A DNA stretch of 64,000 bases from Candidatus Marinacidobacterales bacterium (GCA_965219415.1 CBDCNP010000002.1:4608001-4672000); one strand, 5' to 3'. Shown: positions 10,860 through 21,467, numbered from the stretch's first letter. Notes: generated by a model not told the origin, from the letters alone. Program-made: numbers and translations.

Positions 10860-11220
10860 CGACATGCGGCGAGGACCGCCCGACAAGTCCGGAGGGGCCA
10901 ACCTCTGTTCAGACTCCAGCGCCCGGAACGTGGCGAGGGCTAACGGTCGCTTCCGAGAACCACTGCTCTCCGTACAACCTTGACGACTACGCCTACCCGC
11001 AGTCCGTCAAAGATGACATCGTGCACGAGCCGGGTGGCATCTACAGCCCCTACACCTGTGAGGCGTTGACTCGACCCGCGACACAGACATCAAGCACATC
11101 GCGGCACGCTCAGAGGCACACGACGCCGGGCTGTGTGCGGCGGATGCCGACACGAATTGGTACAACACGCAACGACTCTCGGAGCCGATCGGAAATGTCT
11201 CCTCGGTCGAGTACGAAATG
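10860..11220 (+). pseudogene. degraded DUF1524/HNH-like nuclease fragment
   Basis: WRGLTVASENHCSPY...YAYPQSV...IYSPYTCE; continuation SEAHDAGLC in another frame. Confidence 0.5.
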
Positions 11221-11321
11221 AACTATTATCGGTCGCAGGAAGGCTCGCTATAGATGGCGAGACTCAACTAAAACGGTCTCTGGAAAGCCCGGGGCGGTTC
11301 AATTCTCATGGCGGTCACAAT

Positions 11322-12674
11322 ATGAGACTTAGACGCATCACTATTCGTAAATTGTTCGGAATGTTCGATCATGACATCCAGCTCAACCAACGCGAGCGAA
11401 TCACCATAATTCATGGCCCGAACGGAGTCGGGAAAACCACAGTACTTAGGCTAATCGCGGACCTATTTTCACGGCGATACTTGTCGCTTCAAAGGGTGCC
11501 GTTTTCCTCCATGAGGGCCGAGCTTCGCAACGGAAGCGGGCGAGCGACTCTGACGGTTCGCCGTACCGTCACCAAAAAGAAGGATAAGCCGATCGAACTA
11601 AAGTTCCGATTGGAAGACGGTTCCGAGAGGGCCGAGGGCGCGGTGCCAAAGGAGCACGTCATCAGATGGTCCTCGCGTCAACATCGCCCGCCACCCGGTC
11701 TTCGGTTGGTCGAAGAGTACGTCCCCTTCCTTGAACGAATCGGGCCGCAGCGATGGCTAGACCGGCGGTTTGATGAGTCCTTAACTCTTGAGGAGGTCTT
11801 TCAACGATTCGGCGAAATGTTACCTCCGGAAGCTGGCCCAGCTGTGGACGCGGTGCCTGATTGGCTAGAAAACGCCCTCAAGTCTGTTCAGACTCACTTC
11901 ATTCAAACTCAGCGCCTCCTCGTCTCTCCTCGTCGGCGGAGACGGGCGCCCGATCCTGACACCCGGACGACCAGCACAGTTGAGCAGTACGCGGAGGACA
12001 TGGCTACCCTCATCCAAGAGAGGCTTCGGCAGTCCGGCACCCTTGCTGCCTCGCTCGATAGTACGTTCCCTCGACGTCTCATTGAGGGATCGCTGCCTGT
12101 TGCGATTGACGAGATTCAGATCCGGGATGAGTACAAGCGACAATCAGAGTTTCGAGAGCGGCTTATGGCCGCCGGCCTTATTGATCCCGGCGCACAGGTG
12201 CCATTACCCGCAGGCGAACTGGGGCTGAACGAAAGGAAGGTTCTCTGGTACTACCTGGAGGATGTGAGCAAGAAGTTTAAGGTCTTCGAGAACCTGCTGG
12301 ACCGAGTCGAACTGTTGCAGGATATCATCAATAGCCGATTTCTGTACAAGACAATGACCGTCGACAAAACGCACGGCTTTCTCTTTGAGACAGACACCAC
12401 GAAACAGAGGATTCCCCTGGCGTCGTTATCATCGGGCGAGCAGCATGAACTCGTGCTAGCGTTTGAGCTCCTCTTTAGGGTTACGGAACAGCCTTTGATT
12501 CTCATCGACGAGCCAGAGCTTTCGCTTCACGTCACTTGGCAGCACAAGTTCTTGGACGACATCGAACGGATTTCGGCGCTGGCCAATCTGGATTTTCTGG
12601 TCGCTACTCACTCGCCGTCCATAATCCACAATCGCCAGGACCTTATGGTTGAGCTAGCCGAGAATACTCGGTGA
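11322..12674 (+). CDS. ABC/AAA_21 ATPase, PARIS AriA-like
   Basis: IHGPNGVGKT Walker A, LSSGEQ signature, ILIDEPELSLH Walker B, ATHSP; overlaps the downstream gene. Confidence 0.9.
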   Translation: MRLRRITIRKLFGMFDHDIQLNQRERITIIHGPNGVGKTTVLRLIADLFSRRYLSLQRVPFSSMRAELRNGSGRATLTVRRTVTKKKDKPIELKFRLEDGSERAEGAVPKEHVIRWSSRQHRPPPGLRLVEEYVPFLERIGPQRWLDRRFDESLTLEEVFQRFGEMLPPEAGPAVDAVPDWLENALKSVQTHFIQTQRLLVSPRRRRRAPDPDTRTTSTVEQYAEDMATLIQERLRQSGTLAASLDSTFPRRLIEGSLPVAIDEIQIRDEYKRQSEFRERLMAAGLIDPGAQVPLPAGELGLNERKVLWYYLEDVSKKFKVFENLLDRVELLQDIINSRFLYKTMTVDKTHGFLFETDTTKQRIPLASLSSGEQHELVLAFELLFRVTEQPLILIDEPELSLHVTWQHKFLDDIERISALANLDFLVATHSPSIIHNRQDLMVELAENTR

Positions 12675-13555
12675 TTCAGTACATCACTGGCGCCGATGTA
12701 GCTGCCGAAGTCAGACTCGTGCGGGCAGCCTTTCGAGGCACGATCGCGATTGTCGAAGGCTCGACTGACTACAAGCTGTTCCAAAGATTTACTGACGAGC
12801 GACTCTGCCGATTGCTGCCGAGTCATAGTAAGGAAAACGCCCTTGAGGCTGTTCGACTGCTAGAGGAGACTGGATCAGAGGGCGTTCTATGCATCGTTGA
12901 TGCCGATTACTGGCACCTGGACGGTGGCGCACCCACTTCTGGAAACGTGATTCCTACCGATCGGCACGACATCGAAGTCGACATCATTTGCAGTAGAGCA
13001 CTTGATCGTTTCTTGCGCGAGTATGGATCGAAAACGAAGACCCAAAGCTTTGTCTCCGCAGAAGAAAACAAACCACTTTCAGAGATACTCCTCACTCGAC
13101 TTCTACCGCTCGGACACCTACGCCGACTTTCGCTCCTGAACAATTTTTCGCTTCGTTTCGAGGGCCTGAAATTTCGTCGCTTCGTCGATCCGGCGGCATT
13201 GCTGGTCGACATAGACGCTCTCGTCTCCCAGGTCCTTAACCTCACTCGCGACTCGTCGATCGACGAAGGAAGCTTGCTTAGCAAGCTAGCTGAGGCGGTA
13301 GAAGACGCTATCGACGCGGAGCAATGTTGCTGCGGACACGACGTAGTCGAGCTCCTCTCGCTCGGGCTCCGTCGCGCTCTCGGTAGCCAGAGAGCCGCTG
13401 TTTCATCAGTAGAGAACCTGGCGAGAGCGTTACGGCTCGCTTTTGACTGGCTGGACCTGTCGTCCATGCGCATGTTTCGCCTAGTCACTGCATGGGAAGA
13501 AGCCAATCCACCGTACGTCGTTTTCTCTCCCTCCCCGTCCTGTGCCAAAATTTGA
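12671..13555 (+). CDS. DUF4435 TOPRIM-like nuclease, PARIS AriB-like
   Basis: IVEGSTD and IVDADY TOPRIM motifs, HDIE, CCGHD; last residues (PSCAKI) come from an element end. Confidence 0.8.
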   Translation: MIQYITGADVAAEVRLVRAAFRGTIAIVEGSTDYKLFQRFTDERLCRLLPSHSKENALEAVRLLEETGSEGVLCIVDADYWHLDGGAPTSGNVIPTDRHDIEVDIICSRALDRFLREYGSKTKTQSFVSAEENKPLSEILLTRLLPLGHLRRLSLLNNFSLRFEGLKFRRFVDPAALLVDIDALVSQVLNLTRDSSIDEGSLLSKLAEAVEDAIDAEQCCCGHDVVELLSLGLRRALGSQRAAVSSVENLARALRLAFDWLDLSSMRMFRLVTAWEEANPPYVVFSPSPSCAKI

Positions 13556-13761
13556 TCCACTTGCAACGTTACAAGCGAACAGTTGACGCGGCGTGGGCGA
13601 CGCTTGGATATTCGCTCTCGACTAGGTGGTCATCTGCATGGTGACGACCCGTCCAAAGGGTAGCTCTGCTCAATGGTTGTCGCGGGCCTCACCGGCGCTT
13701 AGACGCTGGTCGGACTCGATCTGCCATTGCTGAAACTTCGCCAGTGTGAAGGTCGCTTTCG

Positions 13762-16611
13762 TCAGGCGCGCGTTTGACCGCGAGGCACTCGTCTTGTTCG
13801 GGCCCGGCGCTTGCCCTTGCCAGCAGCCTTTGCAGCCAGCGGGGCCTGCATGCGCTCGTACAAAGCAAAGAGGTACTCGACGCGCTCGCGCTCGGACATG
13901 AAGCGCGCACGGCGGTAGAGACGGTCGACGGCGCGGTCCAGCGCGTGATGTGCTCTTCGGAGGTTCGGCGGCATCAGGTCGGGGTCGTAGAGAGCGGCCA
14001 ATGTCGCGTCCGGGTGAGCGGCGCGGGCGTCGAGCACGGCCTGCGCAAGCAGCTCCAGTGCCAACAAACTCGCGTTCTCGCTCTTGAAGCCGGGCGGTGT
14101 CGGGAAAGCGTTGTAAACGACACCGATGGAGTAGCGGTAGTCGCTTTTCAACCGCCCGCCGATGTGGCGTAGCCATGCCATGTGCATGGCTGAGGTCAGC
14201 AGGGCGAAATCAGCTAATGTGGCGTCTTTCAGAACCCGAACAAGGTTGCTCGGGATTACCGGCGGCTTCAGCCAGTCTATAGGGACGTATTCACGCCGTT
14301 CAGAGCTGACCTCCGGCAGAACGAGGAACGGGGCGGCCGGCAGGATGTTCACTTGCCAGAGCGTGGGTGTCTCAGCCAGTTTCAGTGTGGACGTTCGTTT
14401 GCTGGTCCTTCGGTAAGCGCGAACGGCGGCGATGCGTTCTCTGACTCGTGGCAGTTGCGCCAGAGTAGCGGGCGAAGCGTCATGCAACGCAAGAATCCAG
14501 CGCTCGCCACCTTGTAGGTACTCACGAGCGCCGACGAAAGGACGCAACAAAGTCGCTGCGTCCGGTTCGGCATCCAGGAACGCGAGTCGTTCTTCAGCAT
14601 TGAAAATGTAGAGTCCATCGTCGATGGGCTGGGAGCCGGTGACCAGTTGAATCAGTCCGTTTATCGTCCTGCCCTCTTCTCGGACGACGAGGTGGGGATT
14701 GGCTAGTGCCCCGCCGTCGAACAGGTAGGGCGTGATCACGGCGTGGCGGCTTTCGAGCGGCTCCCCGTTGAGGTCCTCGTAGGCGAACAGCCTCCTGTCC
14801 CGTGGCGCATGCTCGGTCGTGTTTAGTCCGATGATGACCACATGCACGTGGGCTTTGCCGCGGGCGTCAGAACCCCAGGCAAACGTCCGGTGGGCAAAGG
14901 CGATTTCCAAACGGTAGCGATCGAGTAGCAGCGGCCACAGCTGCGCGACCTGCTCGCCCTGGGTAATCGAGTTGGTTGCGACGAAGCCGATCCCAGGTGG
15001 CCGACTGCTGTTTTCTGGCCGTGCTTGCCGCACATACTCGCCGGCGCGAATGAACCACGCGGCTACGTAGTCGAGCGTGCCGCCGCTACCGCCAAGCGCC
15101 GCGATACGGCGCACCTGCGACCGCTGCCCGGTCGACTGGAACTTGGCTCCACCAAATGGTGGATTGCCGAAGACATACGAGCACTCATTCGGCGGCAACA
15201 CTTCACCCCAGTCGATCTCCAGCGCGTCGGCGTGGTGAATATGCGGCGACTTCTCGATCGGAATCCGCGCGTAGGTCTGGCCGAACTCCAAGCTCAGCCG
15301 GTTGTTCATGATGTGGTCCATCATCCAGAGCGCGGTCGCGGCGATGCGCGCCGGGAACTCGCTGATCTCGATGCCGTAGAACTGATCCACATCGACTACC
15401 GACTGCACCTCCAGTTTCAGTTGGGTAGCGTCTGTGCGCGACGCCATCTCCCGCAACACTTCGATTTCCAGAGAGCGCAACTCCCGGTAGGCGATGATGA
15501 GGAAGTTGCCGCAACCGCACGCCGGATCGAACAGGCGAAGCGTGCCGAGTCGGTCCCGAAACTTCCGGAGATCGGCTATGCTGCGGCCGTCCCGGCGTTT
15601 CTGAAGCTTCTGGAACTCCGCGCGCAGATCGTCGAGAAACAACGGCTCGATCACCTTCAGGATGTTTTTCTCGGTGGTGTAGTGCGCACCCTGCGCGCGC
15701 CGGTCGGATGGTTCCATGACCGCCTGGAAGAGTGCACCGAAGATGGCTGGCGATATCGCCGTCCAGTCGAACCGGCTCGCGTCGAGGAGCGCCTGCCGCA
15801 TCGAGGCATTGAAATCCGGGATACGCAGGGTTTCGGCAAACAGCTCGCCGTTAACGTGCGGAAAGCGCGCCAAATCCTCATCGAGCGCCGCTTGACGGCG
15901 CTCAATCGGCGTGTTCAGCACCTGGAAGAGCCGCGCCAGCCATGGACCGAGGTCGGCTCCGTCGTCTGACGTGCGCTCCTCGATGAACTGCAGAAAGATG
16001 TCGCGCGGCTCGAAGATCCCGGTGTCGTCGGCGAACAGGCAGAACACGATTCGGACCAGAAACAACTCCAGGTCGTGGCCGTCGTAGCCGGATGATTTGA
16101 GCGCGTCGTGCAAGCGCGCGATCAGCTCGGACGCCTTGATGTTGACTGGATCCTGATCGCGGAACGCGCGGCGTTGCACACCGATGATGAACCCGAACTT
16201 CTCGACGTGCTGGGGCAGGTCGACAAGTGCGAGGCGGGTCTCTTCGCGCTCTTCCCGGTCGAGCAGCTCGAACGTCTGGAAATCGCAGAGTAGCTGGTAG
16301 CGGGGGCGGTCCCGCTCGGGAAGCGCATCGAAGTACCGGCCAGCTTGACGGCGAGCAATGGCTAAATCGCGACCGGCGCTCTTCTGCTCGACTAGCAGGA
16401 CGCCAGGCCAGAACAGATCGATGAAACCGGAGGTGTTGTCCAGTCGACGGATGTGTTCCTCGTACCGCGCGACGGTGCGCCGCCGGACACCGAAGATGTC
16501 GAAGAACTCGTTGTAGAAGCTCTGCGTCTCGCCCTTCTCGTACGTAGCGTCCGCCCATTCACGGGCGAAGTCGGCGGCGCGCGCTCGAATCTCGTTCCAG
16601 GAAAGCCTCAT
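13762..16611 (-). CDS. MmeI-like Type IIL restriction-modification enzyme / N6-adenine methyltransferase
   Basis: FIDLFWPGVLLVEQKS nuclease-like motif, GAHYT, DPACGCGNF motif I, GNPPF motif IV, C-terminal TRD (LKSDYRYS, LYDPDLMP); likely start MRLSWNEIR. Confidence 0.9.
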   Translation of the reverse strand: MRLSWNEIRARAADFAREWADATYEKGETQSFYNEFFDIFGVRRRTVARYEEHIRRLDNTSGFIDLFWPGVLLVEQKSAGRDLAIARRQAGRYFDALPERDRPRYQLLCDFQTFELLDREEREETRLALVDLPQHVEKFGFIIGVQRRAFRDQDPVNIKASELIARLHDALKSSGYDGHDLELFLVRIVFCLFADDTGIFEPRDIFLQFIEERTSDDGADLGPWLARLFQVLNTPIERRQAALDEDLARFPHVNGELFAETLRIPDFNASMRQALLDASRFDWTAISPAIFGALFQAVMEPSDRRAQGAHYTTEKNILKVIEPLFLDDLRAEFQKLQKRRDGRSIADLRKFRDRLGTLRLFDPACGCGNFLIIAYRELRSLEIEVLREMASRTDATQLKLEVQSVVDVDQFYGIEISEFPARIAATALWMMDHIMNNRLSLEFGQTYARIPIEKSPHIHHADALEIDWGEVLPPNECSYVFGNPPFGGAKFQSTGQRSQVRRIAALGGSGGTLDYVAAWFIRAGEYVRQARPENSSRPPGIGFVATNSITQGEQVAQLWPLLLDRYRLEIAFAHRTFAWGSDARGKAHVHVVIIGLNTTEHAPRDRRLFAYEDLNGEPLESRHAVITPYLFDGGALANPHLVVREEGRTINGLIQLVTGSQPIDDGLYIFNAEERLAFLDAEPDAATLLRPFVGAREYLQGGERWILALHDASPATLAQLPRVRERIAAVRAYRRTSKRTSTLKLAETPTLWQVNILPAAPFLVLPEVSSERREYVPIDWLKPPVIPSNLVRVLKDATLADFALLTSAMHMAWLRHIGGRLKSDYRYSIGVVYNAFPTPPGFKSENASLLALELLAQAVLDARAAHPDATLAALYDPDLMPPNLRRAHHALDRAVDRLYRRARFMSERERVEYLFALYERMQAPLAAKAAGKGKRRARTRRVPRGQTRA

Positions 16612-17028
16612 CGACGTCCGCCGATCGTCGTGCAGTTCGGAAGGTGGCTGAACTCGCTGGTGGCAATGCAGATGTCGAAATGGACGGCTAGCATCGCGTC
16701 TGTTACCGCTCGAGTCTTGAGGTAGGCGCGGTCGTAGAACGGCTCCTCGAGCGTCGCCACCCCGACGTGGCGCCAATCCTGGCGCGGGCTATTGTTGAGA
16801 TGGACTGACCGAAAGACGACGGCGGTTACCCCCAACGCCATCGACGGCGTTCGCTGCACGTTGTAGTTACGGATGCCCCATCGCCAGGATCTTGCGCACC
16901 GCCATCGGGCATGCTCAGCTTCATATCACGAGCCGGACGGACGGCCAACACCTGTGCGCCTCCGTCGTCCTGTCTCGTGGACTGTAGTCAGAGGGCGGAT
17001 GATCGATCTCCGCTCGGAAATCAAGATA

Positions 17029-17893
17029 GAGGCCAAATCTGAGACAAGTAAGGACATCTAGGTGGAAACGTACCTGGACCAGAACGTGCTAGCCCGATAC
17101 GCCGAAGTAGCCCGGGCCTCAATTCTGGCCTCTTTTCCGCTGCCGCACGACCCCCGGTCAGCGCCCGTTACCCTCTGTGGCGCAAACTTGGCACTCGAAA
17201 ATCGAGATTAGAGACGAATGCCGAAAATGAGGCCCGTTCCGCCCTTCTAGCGCGTCTCTGGTGACACCTATCCCTGCAAAACCCCGCCAACCGCGCGGAA
17301 AATCTCATCCGTCTCTGCAGTGCCACAATTGGCCAGACTGGGTGGCGGATGGTGCAGTTCGGAGCTATCCGGTCTCGGTAAAAGGTATTTATAGAGTTTA
17401 TAGAGTGTTACTTCGCCCTTTCGCCGCGCGCGTGGTGGGGCAATGTAGCGAAAACTCAGAGAAGCTCTGGTGCCCACGTCGTTCTATCCTCTTGTACTAC
17501 AGTGATTTAAAGCCATCCGTCACGTGCTGATCCCCGCACGCCTCATCGACGGGGGGTCATTCGAGTTTATTTGCGAATTGACATTAAATCTGATTTTCTA
17601 GACGGCAATCTCAACCTCCTTGACGCCTGTAAGAGGACCGTGTTGTAAACCCTCCGACGGAGGCTCCGCTCGTAAATCATTGTAGTGAAAAGCTCTTACG
17701 CCTCATCGATGGACGCGTCGTTGACGGGAACACCTTTCCGACTATCGCAGTCGTAAGGCTCAAGTGGGGGCAAGTGGAGCTATTCGGCTCTTGGCAGCAA
17801 ACAAGCAGTAACGGTGCAAAACAGGTCATAAAAATGCAATTGGAGGGCATTTCGGGGCCGAATCGAGCGCTAATCGCTCAGCTAGTGAGAAGA
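17029..17893 (+). repeat. long non-coding dispersed repeat, copy A
   Basis: Highly similar to ~41740-42600; partial copies near 27560, 29035, 45030, 47055 and 61195. Confidence 0.85.
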
Positions 17894-18067
17894 CGCCGTC
17901 GTGTCCAAAAACACAAACGAACTCAAGACCGGCGCGCCAAGACGTTTCGGTCGGTGGCCCGGCGGCGACAGCGTGCAGAATCTCCACCCGCGATGGCAGA
18001 TTCAAGCGGCCCTTGGAAAGGTGCAAACTGCTGACCCGCTCGGCGTTCGAGTATTTTGAGCAGACGG

Positions 18068-18385
18068 GTTGGCGTCGCGCCCGTCAAGCTGCCCGCACGC
18101 AGCCCGGATTTGAACTCGTTCGCGGAGCGCTGGGTGAAGTCAGTCAAAGAGGAATGTCTCTCGAAGCTCATCCTGTTCGGCGAGAAGTCGCTCCGTCATG
18201 CGCTTAGGGAGTACGTCGTCTACTATCATCATGAGAGGAATCATCAAGGCAAGGAGAATCTGCTGCTGTTCCCAGCCAGCGACCCGTTACCTCAGTCCGA
18301 GCGCAAGGTGCGCTCCCGTGAACGGCTTGGCGGGTTGCTCCGTTTCTACCATCGGGAAGCCGCATGAGTATTTTGACCTCACGGG
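18068..18385 (+). pseudogene. 3' fragment and end of a second rve integrase subfamily
   Basis: RSPDLNSFAERWV...ERNHQG...LGGLLRFYHREAA* followed by GAGTATTTTGACCTCACGG. Confidence 0.8.
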
Positions 18386-18615
18386 TTACGCCGCGGCAAT
18401 CCTGGTTCGGTCGTCGATTATGACGATGACGGATTCGTCGTCGTCGGTGTGCCGCTCAGGATTGAGCTCGACGTCACGTTCGGCGACATGTTGGCAAAGA
18501 GGCGGCGGTGGATCTCGAAGGACGACCCGGAGTGGCAGATGCTGGCGGTTTGGGCGCGTGGCGAAGAGCCTACGTGCCTGAGCTACTGAACCAACAGGAA
18601 CTCCGCCGTCGGTAC

Positions 18616-18725
18616 TGTCAAGTTGAGGCATTCAGGGCCGATCCGACCCCAAGATGTTGGCAACGCGGTGCGCTCAAGCCCCATTATCTAGCGGCCCACT
18701 CCGAGCTTGAGACCTCAACTTGACA
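18616..18725. mobile_element. ~110 bp MITE
   Basis: Perfect 13-bp TIR TGTCAAGTTGAGG / CCTCAACTTGACA; related end at ~10735-10760. Confidence 0.7.
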
Positions 18726-18851
18726 CTACCCTGCGTCATGACGGGGGAGCCTGTCAACCGAGGCCGCGACGACGGCGCCGAGTCGGCTGGAGCCGGCTGA
18801 TCGAGGTCGCCACCAGAAGAACGTCGTCTGTGCTATAAGGGACTTGATCCC

Positions 18852-19553
18852 ATGACGGTTCTTCGCGTACGTCATCACGTCGCATCGATCAACGTCAACT
18901 TCAAGCTGAGCCGATTCATTGCCGATTGGCCGACCGCCCAGCAGACGTTCATCGGCGGAATCGCTGACCGGTTTCACGACTGGCATCCGATTCACCCGAG
19001 GGACTTTAGCGTGACGCCGGCCTTGTCGCTGGAGGACCTGCGGTGCAAGTGCCAGCTCTTTGAAGGCGCTTGCAGCATCGTTCTTGCGCCAGACTCGTTG
19101 CAACTCAGTTTTGCAGGTGTGAAGCAGCCTGTTCATCCAAACGTTCTGGAGACAATTAAACGTTCCGAGAAATGGCTTTCGTCGGCGCTTGACGGTCATG
19201 AACGAGAGTGGTTTTCATTCCACACCCGCGCGCATCTGCAGGCACTGGACGATGGCGCCGTCGACATATACCTGGATCAGTTCGTGTCGGGAGAGACTAA
19301 CGAAGTGGTGAAATCGAAACCGAATGTGAGGCTCGTTCCCTCGACTCACATGATTCTTTCCGACGAAGAGGAAACGTGGGAGTTGCGACGCATGGTTGAG
19401 AAGTCTGCGTTTGTCGAGAACGGTATCTTCATGGACACATGGGTTCAGGTCCGTTCTTCAGGTCTTGCAAGTTTCGATGATCACATCGCGCTTATCGAGC
19501 ATCTCGACAGGCTTGCAGATCGAGCCGTCGGGCTGCAGTGCGAGGAAATGTAA
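18852..19553 (+). CDS. hypothetical protein, TIGR04255-like
   Basis: 233 aa alpha/beta protein with a C-terminal GIFMDT strand; TAATG overlap with the next gene. Family call is an inference. Confidence 0.5.
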   Translation: MTVLRVRHHVASINVNFKLSRFIADWPTAQQTFIGGIADRFHDWHPIHPRDFSVTPALSLEDLRCKCQLFEGACSIVLAPDSLQLSFAGVKQPVHPNVLETIKRSEKWLSSALDGHEREWFSFHTRAHLQALDDGAVDIYLDQFVSGETNEVVKSKPNVRLVPSTHMILSDEEETWELRRMVEKSAFVENGIFMDTWVQVRSSGLASFDDHIALIEHLDRLADRAVGLQCEEM

Positions 19554-20275
19554 TGGCAACAATACAGTACGGGGACGGCTCGGCATACGATACCCTCCGA
19601 TATCCTCATTCGCAGATTGCGGAGGAAGGCCCAATGACGGCGCCGTTTCAGGTGAAAAGCCGCACGATGCATGAGCTTGCGCCGGAAGATCCCATGACGG
19701 TGCCGTTTCGAGCGAAAAGCCGCGTGATACACGTAGCGCCAAGTGCGACTCCGCACCTCTGGGTGTCATGGGCCAACGTGAATGCACCGTCATTGAGTGG
19801 AACAGGTGCACCTGAAGCGTATCGGCAATTACACGCGCCGGCATCGCTCTGGCTTGCGGATGCCTTGGTGGCATTGGGGGAGGTCGACGACGAAATTGCG
19901 GAGGAGAATCTCCCAGAAATCAATGATGCCATAAAGACCGAAGCGAGAAGGATCGTCACGGCGTTGGCGCGGCACCCGTGGGCTCCTACCGTCTATCCTA
20001 CGCAGGATGCCGAGATCGCTATCCATTTCAAGTCACGGGACTTGCCGAATTCCGTCGTCATTCTGTTGAACAACGGTGGGCAGGCGGAGTGCTATGCCTA
20101 CACAAGTGGAAAGAGTCGGCGCGCCCACTATGATGTTTCGTCGGATCTTCCCGATGGCTTCGTCATGGAGCAGTTGCGCGCGTTGACACGCAGACAGCGT
20201 GCTACTTGGGCGGCGTCGGGAGCAATCGATCCGTTCGCGATGATATACTATCCGGGTCTTCCGACGATGTGGTGA
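19553..20275 (+). CDS. hypothetical protein with N-terminal 20-aa tandem repeat (candidate antitoxin)
   Basis: Translationally coupled start; EEGPMTAPFQVKSRTMHELA / PEDPMTVPFRAKSRVIHVAP repeat; folded C-terminal domain. Confidence 0.55.
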   Translation: MATIQYGDGSAYDTLRYPHSQIAEEGPMTAPFQVKSRTMHELAPEDPMTVPFRAKSRVIHVAPSATPHLWVSWANVNAPSLSGTGAPEAYRQLHAPASLWLADALVALGEVDDEIAEENLPEINDAIKTEARRIVTALARHPWAPTVYPTQDAEIAIHFKSRDLPNSVVILLNNGGQAECYAYTSGKSRRAHYDVSSDLPDGFVMEQLRALTRRQRATWAASGAIDPFAMIYYPGLPTMW

Positions 20276-20324
20276 GCACACAGTTGCGGCAACCTTTAGC
20301 ACGAATCCCGCAGCAGCGGAATCA

Positions 20325-20738
20325 TTGACAGCACCGACACAATTGGATCCTGATGAAGATCTCGGCAGATCCGTGTTCTCTCGACGTAGGAGCAATCGTG
20401 CGCGCAACAGCCACATTGATATGGACATTTTTCTGGAGCGAGAAGAAGCCGAGTCGATCTCGGTCGACCGGATGCGACATGCGTCGCTCGGTGAACTGGC
20501 TGAATGGTCCATAGTGCGGGGGCGGAACAGAACACCGCCTCGAGATTTCCATGGATGGGCGGTGCTGGCGGTCCGGCACGCGGAGATGGATGGAAGGACC
20601 GTCACCGCCACTCCAACTCCCGAGAACAGGTGCCACGCGGACATCTTCCTGAACATCACTGGAGACGAGAGAAGGCGCAAACAAAAGCAACATGCGAACG
20701 AATTGGCGGCGAACTCCCGGTGGCTGGAGTTGCCGTAG
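20325..20738 (+). CDS. small protein with ADP-ribosyltransferase/RES-like motif pattern (candidate toxin)
   Basis: DEDLGRSV (R), SISVDR (S-x-D), NRCHADI (H). Confidence 0.5.
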   Translation: MTAPTQLDPDEDLGRSVFSRRRSNRARNSHIDMDIFLEREEAESISVDRMRHASLGELAEWSIVRGRNRTPPRDFHGWAVLAVRHAEMDGRTVTATPTPENRCHADIFLNITGDERRRKQKQHANELAANSRWLELP

Positions 20739-20928
20739 AATCAGATTGCCGTGATCTCATGCGTTTGATCCGACGCGCCTGACTGTCATGCCCGCCGCGA
20801 CCGCCGCCACCTTCGCCGGCCCTCGAAAAACAGAAGGTATGGGTGCGCCGGGTGTCGGACACGGAAGCGGCAATTCTGTCGCTTCCGTTTACATGCATCG
20901 CCCGGCGGGCCCCTCCAGAAAGGAAACC

Positions 20929-21340
20929 GATGGATCACGAGAAGCTGTATCACTACACCTTCAATACGAAATCGTCTCGGGTATGTTTGCGATCAGAGGC
21001 CCTTCTGGCGCTTACAATTGTAAAGCCGAATTTAATGGTAGCGAGGGCCGCGCCGGTCAATCTTGCAGTGCCGGGCCTCCAGAGCAAAGGGCGACTCCAA
21101 ATAGAACGCGATTTCGATGGCGGCGCTCTATTCGTGATTGCCGGCGAGTCTCCTTTGCCATTGGTGCGATGTGGCCTCGCCTGGACAACTGATGGGGAGA
21201 GAGAGGTTGCGGAAGCCATGTTGTGCCAACTGCCTACGGAACGATTTCTACCAGGGTGCTACGTACAACACATAGGCACGCCGCCTACATATGACGATGC
21301 CGAGCTCTGCGTGGTCTGGGCTTTGCTGGCTTCAGGCTAA
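20929..21340 (+). CDS. hypothetical protein
   Basis: ORF with AAGGA upstream of ATG 20929; no recognisable motif. Confidence 0.4.
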
Positions 21341-21467
21341 CTAGAACGAGAGACTTCTATATAACGGGCTTCTTGCATGGGTTGCGCCGAGCGTCGGAAG
21401 GGGATTAGAACAACCCGTGCATTAGCTTCGCAAATGAGCGAATCCATAGGAACTGAACTGTATCACA

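Noticed and set aside
11133-11321. N-terminal extension of the ATPase
   Set aside because: It spans a pseudogene and an IS3 end remnant (~11251-11301); ATG 11322 is the plausible start.
790-13620. Integron cassette array
   Set aside because: No IntI or attC sites. The separators are IS ends and the genes point both ways.
17335-17380. tRNA gene in the GGTGGCGGA...CCGGTCTC motif
   Set aside because: Only loose resemblance to a reversed tRNA 3' end; no cloverleaf could be built.
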